A stretch of 63,082 nucleotides of DNA, the filler included, from Octopus bimaculoides (Eukaryota), in assembly GCF_001194135.2 (NCBI RefSeq). It is 7 parts of 7 records of this genome, joined end to end, with 100 filler letters (N's around TTAATTAATTAA, not from the genome) between each part and the next. Parts side by side here need not be neighbours in the genome. Positions count along the whole stretch, not along the records: positions 1 to 18,855 come from NC_068985.1; positions 18,956 to 27,171 come from NC_069000.1; 5 more parts are not named here. One strand, given 5' to 3'. Below the pieces are notes generated by a model. It was given only the letters and a program-made list of their open reading frames with translations, had not been told where the DNA came from and made no database searches. Below, piece by piece: positions 12,986-24,254 of the stretch. Position numbers and translations under genes: made by a program. Positions within the stretch are counted from its first letter, which is position 1. Each line of letters opens with the position of its first letter.

Positions 12986-14794
12986 TGTAGATCAGTGATT
13001 GTGTATCACTTTGAAAACTATATATTTTCGAACGGAAGATTAGCATCGCCATCTCAGCCGGGCAGTTATTCTGTGCCGAGGAAGTGAAATAACCCAGAAA
13101 CAGCGAACCACAGAAATTTCTCTGTTGTGTGTGGGGATGCTAAACTCCCCTGTTCGAAAATATAAGGACACTGATGTGAGTTGTATGGCCAGCTGGAGAC
13201 GATGTTTCCGGGAACTAAAACAACAGTAACATTCATCCCAACTGGGACTGCCACGTTATGTTCGCTAACAGTGTTTACTTTAAAGTACTACAACTCTATG
13301 TCTCTCGTTGAAAGATTTAGAAATAATAAAGTTTCTACAATTTAAATAGATTCGAATGAGATACTTAAATGGTAAAGCACTGGGTCGGATTAAATAATGT
13401 GACTCACGTATATTACATACTAATGTATAGTGAGATTATTATTCCGGGTGTATATATGATTAACTGCACCTGACTGAGTGTACTGAGTCTCAAGGCTGTA
13501 TTTTGAAACACTCACTGCATCAATTGTACTGCACTTAATAGACTCTGGACCCATGCTAATACCAGGTTCTGTATAAGGTGAACAATAAATAAATAACAAC
13601 AGATGGATAATGGTTCATTCACTATAGCTGTTTCGAAGGAATTTTTTAATTGATGAACAGAGATGTTACATCATATGAAAAAAAAAACGTTTTCGTCGGG
13701 TGAATATACACGAATTAGACATCTAAAACATTTGAAATGTCCCCAGTTTGTGCCACTTTGTGATTCCCTGAGTACTAATAATCAGAAGAATGTAGTGGCT
13801 TGTTCAGATTAGTAGTTAATGTAGGAAAAATCTTTACGGTGACAAGAAGGGAGTAGGAGGGCATTTATAGCAGTAGAAAGATCGGAGGAAAGGACATCAT
13901 AATATTCAGTGCAATTTGTAAAAGACAAGATCGCTATGCTTAAGTTATAATCTTTACGGAACAGGACGGCAGAGATCTGGACAAAATACCTTAAAAGATA
14001 ATGAGGGAGGAGAATGGACTGATACAAAAGAGGGGTGGAGACATGTGAGATAAGTTTAATTTATTTTGTTGCACTTTAATTCCTCGAATAGCAATACAAC
14101 CTGACTTCTAAAACAAGTTGATTCTATTATTTTTATTTTTTATTCTTCAAACAATTGTCCGACCCGTTTCAGGCCAAAAAGAGACTTAAAGATGGAGAAG
14201 TGTAGTAGGTAGTAGATAAGAGGAAGATAAACGGTTTATATATAAAGGAGGAAGGAAGTTTACATCACAGCGTTAACTATACTGGGTCAAATTAGACGAA
14301 ATAGAATAAACTGACAACAGGAAGGGAAGAAAATAAAAGAAATGATGAGTAGCTTTCCATATCAGATAAATAATTAGGTAAATGAAAAATAACGCATAAA
14401 AAACGAAAAGATAAAAGGTAATATAAACAATAAAAAACTATAAGACAAATAAACTAATAATTAAAAAGTATTTAGATACATATCAGAGAATACTAAAAAA
14501 TATGAAAGTACCAGAATTACATACATAATTCATACCAAGTGTAGGATATAAATACATAATAAATAATATATCATAAATTATTTATAATCAATTATAAATA
14601 AGAATATAAATATGTGTCCTCATTAATTATATCAGTAATATAATAGGTCAGAATAGTATAATAAATTTGTTACAAAGGTTTAAATTTAATGAAATATATT
14701 TTAGAATATATACCATGAAAGAATAGAGCGAGAGAGGTAGAATATATATATATAACAGAGTTCGTGTGTGTGTGTCTGTGTGTGTGTCTGTGTG

Positions 14795-14840
<46 letters not shown>

Positions 14841-15009
14841 TGTGTGTGTGTGTGTGTGACGCGTATGTTCCTTATGGATTTGAAAACTGATTTTGATGTA
14901 TGGTGTATCAAATGATTCGGTAATCATTCCGCCACATAATGAAGTATGTCTTTTGCGCAACAACTCCATTTTACTACAAACATAACCTCAAAAACGAGAT
15001 CCGGACGCA

Positions 15010-15708
15010 AATTTCGAGGTCCTTTTCAGGCAATATTTGTATTGGCTTCTAATCTACGTTGCCAATTTTAGGGGGTTTTTTTGTGGCAAAAAATGCAGCC
15101 ATGTGTAACGAGTGTTATTAGTGCATTTGTGATGTACAAAACTATATTTGCCAACGGATGACCAAAAAACATGCTTTTTTGGAACAACTATTGGCACATT
15201 TTCCGTCAATAATGGTTTTTGGGCCACAACTAAACTGCCAATGTGAACGTTTCCGAAAATTATCTAATGAACCGTGATTCTGGCATAACTGCAATCGCTT
15301 TACTACCGAAAATGATTTGTCCAACATCTTCTTCCCAATCTGATAGAATTCTGGCAAAAGTGTGTAGCAACAGATCGCCAGCAATTGTTTCATCACAAAT
15401 TGCCGTCCTAGCTCCTGCGAAAAAGGATTACCCTGCTATGTATTATCAGGGCAGCGCAAAAAGTTGCTTTGCAGAAGCATTTCTATAGCCAATTAGACGG
15501 ATGAAATTTACGTACGCTTAATAATTTTACGTAAAACAGCCTTCAGACTTTCCCTATTAATTTCAACGTCTATTGAATTATGAACATATTTACATGATAA
15601 GGGATTTTTCGTTGTAAGGCTTTCTTCTTTAGTTGATTCTCACCAAGCAAAACTTATCGTATATAATGTAATAAGTCATACCCGGACAAGGTCGGGTTAT
15701 ACTGCTAG
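15010..15708 (+). mobile_element. Helitron relic with decayed PIF1-type helicase segment and 3' terminus
   Basis: Across frameshifts: GxFRQ, LWQKMQ, FLEQLL, ENDLSNIFFP, IAVLAP, in Helitron helicase order. Ends with hairpin cccggacaaggtcggg (15681-15696) and CTAG (15705-15708) followed by T. Confidence 0.6.
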
Positions 15709-15723
15709 TTGTATTATATTATA

Positions 15724-16870
15724 CTAGCAATGCATTTTTGTCGTTGCCCGGGTGTTATGTCCATCAGACACATTGTATCATATATATATAATCAATTTTC
15801 GAGTTCAAGCTGAACGTACGCATTACACACAATACACTCCGGGGTTTCTCGTGCTGTTGATAACAATAACACGACGACCAACTGGTAATGCGCTATACGT
15901 CTCTAGTAGGAAAAAAATGATATAAAATTGTACTAATCAGTAACCACGATGTGTATCCCGACCGATGAAGGGACGCGCACCGTGGGTGTACTCATGTGTT
16001 TGTGACATTAAGTTGCCCTCTCATAGATGCGTGCTGTTGTTGTCTTCACTGAGGTTATCAGGTCAGATATTTGTTTTCCATCGCACCACTCGTGTTATAA
16101 TAGACGCTCAACCACTGTAAAAAGGCAGATTGTAGCATAATCCTTACGAATTTTGCAGCTTATGGAATGAATAGTGGGTATAAACATATACTAATAACGA
16201 TAAACAACGTTGCATAAGTTGGGTAGAATAAAGAGAAAAATATTAAAGGCGTAAAAATCATGAAAACTTTTAGTCATTGTTTCACGTCCTTACCACATAA
16301 TTACAGGCTCTTACTGTGCTTAATCTTTTGGGAAATTTCAGTGAATTTAAACCTGAAAACGTTAATTTGGCATTCCTGAGTCGCTTGCCATAAAGAAAAT
16401 ATACATGGACAAATCATTTTCGGTATTATTTTTTGCCATGTTAAAAAGTCAAATAAATAAAAATGTTCACAAAAGAATAAAACGTTGCAGAAAAAATAAT
16501 GCAAACACACAGTTCAAAAAAAGAGACAGATAGAGTGGAGAAAAGGACAAAACAGTTCTACACGGCAAAAGAAACAACTGTATTCCGGTCAACAGGTACT
16601 CCAGGCCACCAGGTATGGATACGCGCCAAAATTGGCACAAAATATCTTCACACAAAGTTTTTTCGGCTAAAAAGCCAAAAATAAAAATTTTCACCGCTGT
16701 GATGAAGCGACCACGCCCATCACAGACAGCGAATGCACAATTTTGTTCGTATAACGAACACACAAAAAACTCGCCAAGGAAAGCGTAGATGCCAAACCGC
16801 TGGTCAACAATTTACTGAAAAAATAAATACAAGAAATAAATTATTGCCCAGCTGAGCAACAAAACCGACT
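15724..16870 (-). mobile_element. Second Helitron relic, opposite strand
   Basis: Shares taccgaaaatgatttgtcca with the plus copy; AEKTLCEDILCQ resembles GGKxxxGDFRQ; terminus cccgggcaacg..ctagT at 15752-15723. Confidence 0.5.
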
Positions 16871-17635
16871 TACCCCGGCGAATTCTTCAAATAGTTCTTT
16901 TTCCTCTTTTTTGTTGGGGGGGGGAGTAGAGCCAAATCTCATGTCCACCCTGGTCGACAGTAAGCAGCTAGACAAACGCGCATCCGTAATGGGTTAGCAA
17001 GCTCCTTACCACCAAGACACTCTTGCACCTGTATATATATATNNNNNNNNNNNNNNNNNNNNNNNNNNNNNNNNNNNNNNNNNNNNNNNNNNNNNNNNNN
17101 NNNNNNNNNNNNNNNNNNNNNNNNNNNNNNNNNNNNNNNNNNNNNNNNNNNNNNNNNNNNNNNNNNNNNNNNNNNNNNNNNNNNNNNNNNNNNNNNNNNN
17201 NNNNNNNNNNNNNNNNNNNNNNNNNNNNNNNNNNNNNNNNNNNNNNNNNNNNNNNNNNNNNNNNNNNNNNNNNNNNNNNNNNNNNNNNNNNNNNNNNNNN
17301 NNNNNNNNNNNNNNNNNNNNNNNNNNNNNNNNNNNNNNNNNNNNNNNNNNNNNNNNNNNNNNNNNNNNNNNNNNNNNNNNNNNNNNNNNNNNNNNNNNNN
17401 NNNNNNNNNNNNNNNNNNNNNNNNNNNNNNNNNNNNNNNNNNNNNNNNNNNNNNNNNNNNNNNNNNNNNNNNNNNNNNNNNNNNNNNNNNNNNNNNNNNN
17501 NNNNNNNNNNNNNNNNNNNNNNNNNNNNNNNNNNNNNNNNNNNNNNNNNNNNNNNNNNNNNNNNNNNNNNNNNNNNNNNNNNNNNNNNNNNNNNNNNNNN
17601 NNNNNNNNNNNNNNNNNNNNNNNNNNNNNNNNNNN

Positions 17636-17797
17636 GTGGAAGAGTACAGCAGGGTTCGCCACCATTCCCTGCCGGAGCCTCGTGGAGCTTTAGGTGTTTT
17701 CGCTCAATAAACGCTCACAACGCCCGGTCTGGGAATCGAAACCGTGATCCTATGACCGCGAGTCCACTGCCCTAACCACTGGGCCATTGCGCCTTCA
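17636..17797 (-). mobile_element. SINE family C, 5' part, truncated by gap
   Basis: Matches the head of the 12078 copy (gcaatggcccagtggttagggcag..ggtttcgattcccagaccgggcg). Confidence 0.85.
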
Positions 17798-18346
17798 CGC
17801 TGTCTTGAGTAACTAAAGATCATTGCTCAACTGTATTTGGTGGCTTTAATTGTATAGCTCATTATTCACTAGAATTGTGACCTCTATGTGTGTATCTACT
17901 CTTGTGAGTCTGCAGGTCTGCTTGTGCGTGCGTCTGTCTGCTTGACTGTATGCGTGCCTGCGCTTGTATAGAAGGTTGAGTGACCACAGAAACAGTGCAA
18001 CAGCACTTTGTTCATGGCCACCAGAGAATTCATAATAGTGTCAGACGTTAACACTATTTAAGATTCTAAAAATAACGTCTAATATAGGAAACTATGCAGT
18101 GCCTTGGGCGAAGATGACTGTTATGTTGTTTCTTAGGTTTCCTGATGATACTCTCATCGATCTATATTCTCAGGATAGTTTTAATAATGGAAGTTATATG
18201 TTTCTTTAACACAACAATCATTTTCTCAAAAATTAGTGTGTTATACAGAATATATTAAAATAGCCGAGTATCTGTCACGAACTATTTCTCTCATAAACTT
18301 ATCTGACTGCATAGAGAAATGCTTATATGCCTACAGATAAAGTATA

Positions 18347-18380
<34 letters not shown>

Positions 18381-18384
18381 CTCC

Positions 18385-18768
18385 TTACTCTTACTTTTTA
18401 CTTGTTTCAGTCATTTGACTGTGGCCATGCTGGATCACCACCTTTAATCGATCAAATCGATACAAGGACTTGTTCTTTGCAGGCCTAGTACTTATTCTAT
18501 CGTTCTCTTTTGCCGAACCGCTAGATTACGGGACGTAAACACACCAGCATCGGTTGTCAAGCGACGTTGGGGGGGACAAACACAGACACGCAAAGTATAT
18601 ACACTCATACATACATATATACATATATACGACGGGCGTCTTTCAGTTTCCGCCTACGAAATCCACTCACAAGGCGTTGGTCGGCCCGATGCTATAGTAG
18701 AAGACACTTGCCCTGAACCCGGAACCATGTGGTTGGAAGGCAAGGTACTTACCACACAGCCACTCCTA
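18385..18768 (-). mobile_element. SINE family A, near full length
   Basis: Head aggagtggctgtgtggtaag..ggttccgggttcag, central microsatellite, 3' half ending gactgaaacaagtaaa. Confidence 0.9.
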
Positions 18769-18855
18769 CATACATACATACATACATACATGTGTATACA
18801 AACATACATACATACATACATATATTTATATATATATATATACATATATATATAT

Positions 18856-18955
18856 NNNNNNNNNNNNNNNNNNNNNNNNNNNNNNNNNNNNNNNNNNNNT
18901 TAATTAATTAANNNNNNNNNNNNNNNNNNNNNNNNNNNNNNNNNNNNNNNNNNNN
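18856..18955. other. Artificial scaffold joint (44 N + TTAATTAATTAA + 44 N)
   Basis: Identical 100-bp block with the 12-mer at 18900, 27216, 30833, 39872, 53909 and 56497. The 12-mer has stops in all six frames. Confidence 0.95.
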
Positions 18956-19784
18956 TATATGTAGGAACTTTCGTACACCGACAAACACAGTCGGACAGAT
19001 AGACAGATACGAGTCTTTAAGAGAATCTTCAACAGAGAAGGTGAGAGAGAAGGGGAGACAAATAGGTGGAGAGAGGGTAATGAATGATAACCCGGAGAGC
19101 AGACGACAAACATTTGCCCAGATGGCTGCCTCACCAATTGTTAATCTCTATTTTCTGCCGCCGTTCTCTCACTATTGTCTCTTCATCAACTCATCTCTTC
19201 CAAATTAACGAAACTGTGAAGTGGGGACATGTCCCTAATTCTACATTTACACATCTGTTTGCTGAAATGACACAGCTATTAAATGGCAGTAGAAAAAAGG
19301 AAAAAGTAATACTAACATATGAGGGAAAAGAAAGAGTAAAACGAGTAGTACAAAGAGTTAGAGAGAAAGAAGACTAAATTTAAGATATGAACGAAGGGAG
19401 TGGTTAGAGTTAAAGCAGCGGAGGAAAAGAGAGGAATTAGAAGTAGAGAAAAGGGTAGATAAAGAATAAACTAAAACAGAAAATTGAGAAAGAAGGATAG
19501 TGAAAGAGAGAGAGAAAGAGATGAGGAGAGAGCGAGAGAGGGTAAGGTAGATGATAAGGAAAGGAGATAGTGACAAACACCACGGCTACCACAAAACTAC
19601 GATCAGTACAGCTCCCACCACAGTTACCGCCATATCTACCACAACCACCAATATCACCAACTTGCCAAATCTCTATTGAATTATGCAATACCCTGTTAAA
19701 AGGAATGGTAAATTGGAAAATGTTATTATATATATCAATACATATAACACACACGAACACATATATCGGATCATTTCTGTTCGG

Positions 19785-20015
19785 TTGCCACTTTTCAATT
19801 TCTTTTATCTTTCACTTGTTTCGATCATTAGATGGCGACCATGCTGGGGTACCACCCTGAAGAATTTTAGTCGAACTGATCGCCCGCAGTACTTATTTTT
19901 TATTTTCTTTTGTTAAAGCTTGGTACTAATTCTAGCGGTCGCTTTTGCCGAACCGCTATTTTACAGGGGCGTAAACTCACCAAAACCGGTTGTCAAGCGG
20001 TAGTGGGAACAAACG
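19785..20015 (-). mobile_element. SINE family A 3' half, interrupted by the Merlin-like element
   Basis: gaccatgctggggtacc..gccgaaccgcta..ggttgtcaagcgg..gggaacaaac; the CA-rich continuation resumes after 20413. Confidence 0.8.
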
Positions 20016-20018
20016 AAA

Positions 20019-20404
20019 AGTACTTTTTGGTTATCTCACCCCTATCAAAAAATTGGGTTATCTCCCTCATTTTACGAGAAATATCGGTACTTTTGGTTAT
20101 CTCCTTCAACTGAAAAAAATTGTTTAACCTCAATAAAACCAAAAAACATGAAAAAATTTATAAACATAAAAAGTGAAACGATGAAAACATTCTTTTTGAA
20201 TCTAATAACATTTTTATAACAAATCATACCATTCCGATTGAGGAGGCCAAACGTCAACAAACGTGTTGAAGTATTGAATCAAAAGGATCTAACACTTTTA
20301 ATCCAATCTCTTGTCGCCACATTAACTCGATTTTTTTTTAGTGGGACATAACCCAATTTTTGAACGGCAATTTTTTAATGGGGGTGAGATAACCAAAAGG
20401 TACC
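20019..20404 (-). mobile_element. Merlin-like non-autonomous DNA transposon (internal deletion derivative)
   Basis: About 36-bp TIRs (gtactttttggttatctcacccctatcaaaaaattg / caattttttaatgggggtgagataaccaaaaggtacc). 9-bp TSD caaacgaaa / caaacaaaa. GGTAC end fits Merlin GGNRM. Minus-strand peptide IELMWRQEIGLKVLDPFDSILQHV resembles a Merlin transposase C-terminus. Confidence 0.7.
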
Positions 20405-20859
20405 CAAACAAAAGTACACAAAGTTTTACACACACTCACACACGCACACACGCACGCATGCACACACACACACACACACACACACACACNNNNNNNNNNN
20501 NNNNNNNNNNNNNNNNNNNNNNNNNNNNNNNNNNNNNNNNNNNNNNNNNNNNNNNNNNNNNNNNNNNNNNNNNNNNNNNNNNNNNNNNNNNNNNNNNNNN
20601 NNNNNNNNNNNNNNNNNNNNNNNNNNNNNNNNNNNNNNNNNNNNNNNNNNNNNNNNNNNNNNNNNNNNNNNNNNNNNNNNNNNNNNNNNNNNNNNNNNNN
20701 NNNNNNNNNNNNNNNNNNNNNNNNNNNNNNNNNNNNNNNNNNNNNNNNNNNNNNNNNNNNNNNNNNNNNNNNNNNNNNNNNNNNNNNNNNNNNNNNNNNN
20801 NNNNNNNNNNNNNNNNNNNNNNNNNNNNNNNNNNNNNNNNNNNNNNNNNNNNNNNNNNN

Positions 20860-20900
<41 letters not shown>

Positions 20901-20984
20901 GTATGCATGTATGTATGTATGTATGTATGTGCATATGTGTGTATGTATGTATGTATTACGTATGTATGTGTCTATGTGTGTATT

Positions 20985-21090
20985 GTTGTGCCTATGTTTG
21001 ACCCTCATCACCGCTTGACAACCGGTGTTGGTGTGTTTATGTCCCCGTGACATAGCGGTTCAAAAGAGACCAATCAAATAAGTTCCGCTG
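20985..21090 (+). mobile_element. SINE family A fragment
   Basis: accgcttgacaaccggtgttggtgtgtttatgtccccgtg..aaagagacc. Confidence 0.75.
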
Positions 21091-21981
21091 TGGTTGATAT
21101 ATATATATATATANNNNNNNNNNNNNNNNNNNNNNNNNNNNNNNNNNNNNNNNNNNNNNNNNNNNNNNNNNNNNNNNNNNNNNNNNNNNNNNNNNNNNNN
21201 NNNNNNNNNNNNNNNNNNNNNNNNNNNNNNNNNNNNNNNNNNNNNNNNNNNNNNNNNNNNNNNNNNNNNNNNNNNNNNNNNNNNNNNNNNNNNNNNNNNN
21301 NNNNNNNNNNNNNNNNNNNNNNNNNNNNNNNNNNNNNNNNNNNNNNNNNNNNNNNNNNNNNNNNNNNNNNNNNNNNNNNNNNNNNNNNNNNNNNNNNNNN
21401 NNNNNNNNNNNNNNNNNNNNNNNNNNNNNNNNNNNNNNNNNNNNNNNNNNNNNNNNNNNNNNNNNNNNNNNNNNNNNNNNNNNNNNNNNNNNNNNNNNNN
21501 NNNNNNNNNNNNNNNNNNNNNNNNNNNNNNNNNNNNNNNNNNNNNNNNNNNNNNNNNNNNNNNNNNNNNNNNNNNNNNNNNNNNNNNNNNNNNNNNNNNN
21601 NNNNNNNNNNNNNNNNNNNNNNNNNNNNNNNNNNNNNNNNNNNNNNNNNNNNNNNNNNNNNNNNNNNNNNNNNNNNNNNNNNNNNNNNNNNNNNNNNNNN
21701 NNNNNNNNNNNNNNNNNNNNNNNNNNNNNNNNNNNNNNNNNNNNNNNNNNNNNNNNNNNNNNNNNNNNNNNNNNNNNNNNNNNNNNNNNNNNNNNNNNNN
21801 NNNNNNNNNNNNNNNNNNNNNNNNNNNNNNNNNNNNNNNNNNNNNNNNNNNNNNNNNNNNNNNNNNNNNNNNNNNNNNNNNNNNNNNNNNNNNNNNNNNN
21901 NNNNNNNNNNNNNNNNNNNNNNNNNNNNNNNNNNNNNNNNNNNNNNNNNNNNNNNNNNNNNNNNNNNNNNNNNNNNNNNNN

Positions 21982-22790
21982 ATTGTCGCCTAAATTACGT
22001 AAAAATGAAAATAACACTGACTTCTCATTTTAACAGATATATTTACCAAAATTACATAAAAATATCTCGAAATACTAATGAGTAAATTTATTCAATAAAA
22101 TCGCCATTGGCTTCAACTACGACCTCCAGACGACTTCGGCATCTTCTGTAACTCTTCGGATCGGTCTCCTTGTTTAAGTTGGTGAATGCTGCCATAATCC
22201 TTGCCTTCAGTTTATCTTTGGTGTTAGAAGGAGTTTTGTTGGTCTCTCACTCAACTGCACCCCACATAATAATCAATGTGGTTACAGTCTGGAGAGTTAG
22301 GTGGCCAGATGTTAGGGTTGATGTGGTTGCAGAAATTGTCTGACGATCCCTATTTGTGTGGTATGGTGCAGAGTCCTGTTGCCAGACATGGGGTCTTCCA
22401 GTTGCCACCCTCTTGACCCATTCAGCACTACCTGCTCCAAGCACTTAATGTAGGCCTCCCTGTTAAGTGTGAGTCCGTGTGGGAAGATGAATGGAGACAT
22501 AACGTCGCCATCGCTAGTGATCACTCCAAACACCATGATGTTGACTGGATGCTTGATTTTTATCAATCTCGGTACATGTCCTCAGATTGCGCTGTCCTCA
22601 GATTGACACCCAAACACTCCGAAATGGTATAGCATGTAATTTCCAAATTTCTGGCAGAGTGAATTGCATCATGATGCTGTTTTTCTTGCAGACGGTGCCC
22701 AACTGACCCTACTATACTGTGTAGTCGACAAAATCAAAAATAAACAATGCGCATGCGTGAAATTAAAAATATGAAATGGTGACACTTTAC
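21982..22790 (-). mobile_element. maT/DD37D-type (Bmmar1-like) Tc1-mariner transposon, internally deleted
   Basis: KHPVNIMVFGVITSDGDVMSPFIFPHGLTLN.EAYIKCLE.VV..WVKRVATGRPHVWQQDSAPYHT..WPPNSPDCNHIDYY.WG; frameshifts present. Confidence 0.8.
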
Positions 22791-22960
22791 TCATCGCACC
22801 ATACGACAGGCTTCTTCCACTTTCCATCTACCAAATCTACTCACAATTCTTTGGTCGGCCCAAGGCCATGGTAGAAAACCCTTACCCAAGGTGCCACGCA
22901 GTGGGACTGTACCTGGAATAATGTGGTTGGGAAGTAAGTTTCTTACCACACAGCCATGCC
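22791..22960 (-). mobile_element. SINE family A, tRNA-like head only
   Basis: ggcatggctgtgtggtaag..gtcccactgcgtggcaccttggg. Confidence 0.85.
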
Positions 22961-22968
22961 AGTGTATA

Positions 22969-24226
22969 CAGGGATTGGACAAAATTATGGAAACACCTTA
23001 AAATTTCAAACAAATTTATTTTAATATGGGGTAGGACCGTAAATACAGCTTGAGTTCTACAAGGTATAGACTCGTACAAAGTTTGAATTGTTTCCAAAGG
23101 AATTTTTTGTCCATTCTTCAGCTGAAACAGTCTTCAGTTCTTGTAGTGATGATGGTGGAGGATATCGACTCCTTACTTGTTTATCTAAAATGCACCATAA
23201 ATGTTCCAATAATATTGAGATCTGAGGACTGTGGTGGCCAGATAAAATGTTGAACTTCACTAGAATGTTCCTCGTGCCATTCAGTAACTGTGTGAATTGG
23301 TCATTATTATCCTGAAAGATTACGTTTCCCTCCGAAAACAGTTCTGCAACCATAGGATGAATTTGATCAGATAAAATGCTTAAATAGTCTTGACTATTAA
23401 TTCTGCCATGAAGGGAAACCATTAGGACGGCAGATTTCCAAGATATAGCCCCCACCCCGATCATCACAGATCCTCCTCCATGTTTAACAGTTGGAAGAAG
23501 GCAGTCTAGGTCAAATGTTTCTTTTGGCTGTCTCCACACGTATATTCGGCCGGTGGTCGGAAATAAGGTAGAGGATGACTCGTCCGAGAAAATAACATTC
23601 TTCCACTGCTCTGGGACCAATTCTGTAGGTTTTACTCCACTCTAAACGCTTTGCAACGTTTGTTTTTGAAAGTAGCGGTTTTCTGATTGCAGCCCTCCCG
23701 TGAAATCCGGCTTTGTGCAGTTCCCGGCTAACAGTTTTTGTGGAAACTGGGTTCTCGAGGTAGTCATTAAGCTCTGCAGTAATTTTGGGAGCTGTTCTTT
23801 TGTGCTCCTTTCTAACAATTCGCGTAAGAGTCCGACGGCCCCTATATGAAAGTTTTGGTTTCCTTCTGGAGTTTTGTTTCAACTAGGAGGTTTTTCCCTC
23901 TTTCTCAAAGGCTGTCATTACTTTCGAGACAGTATTTCTTGATACACTAAACATTTCGGCTGTTTCCGTTACGCTAGTGTCTGCCATACGAGCACCAACA
24001 ATTTGACTTCTTTGAATGTCCGATGGATCTGTCATTTTAATGAATTGTAATTACTTTTTCCTGATGATATCTGAAAAGAAACAAACAATTTTAGCAAAAC
24101 ATATTAAACAAAACTAATTATAAATTAAAAAAACATAGAAATAAAGAGGCTTTTGACAGTTTTATAGATATTTCAAAATTATGATGCTATGATGCTAGGT
24201 GTTTCCATTATTTTGTCCAACCCCTG
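22969..24226 (-). mobile_element. Full-length Tc1 (DD34E) transposon, inactivated
   Basis: TIRs caggg[a/g]ttggacaaaat[t/a]atggaaacacct at both ends with TA duplications (22967-68, 24227-28); 1258 bp. Confidence 0.95.
23050..24035 (-). pseudogene. Tc1 transposase pseudogene
   Basis: MTDPSDIQRSQIVGARMA..(stop)..RKPKLS..GFHGRAAIRKPLLS..VIFSDES..PTVKHGGGSVM..IFQDN..EHLW; stops and frameshifts. Confidence 0.9.
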
Positions 24227-24254
24227 TATATACGCACACATATGCACATAAATA

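Noticed and set aside
13809-14027. AVLFRKDY..TEYYDVLSSDLST resembling a Penelope RT N-terminal region
   Set aside because: Only a loose pattern match, with no second motif to confirm it.
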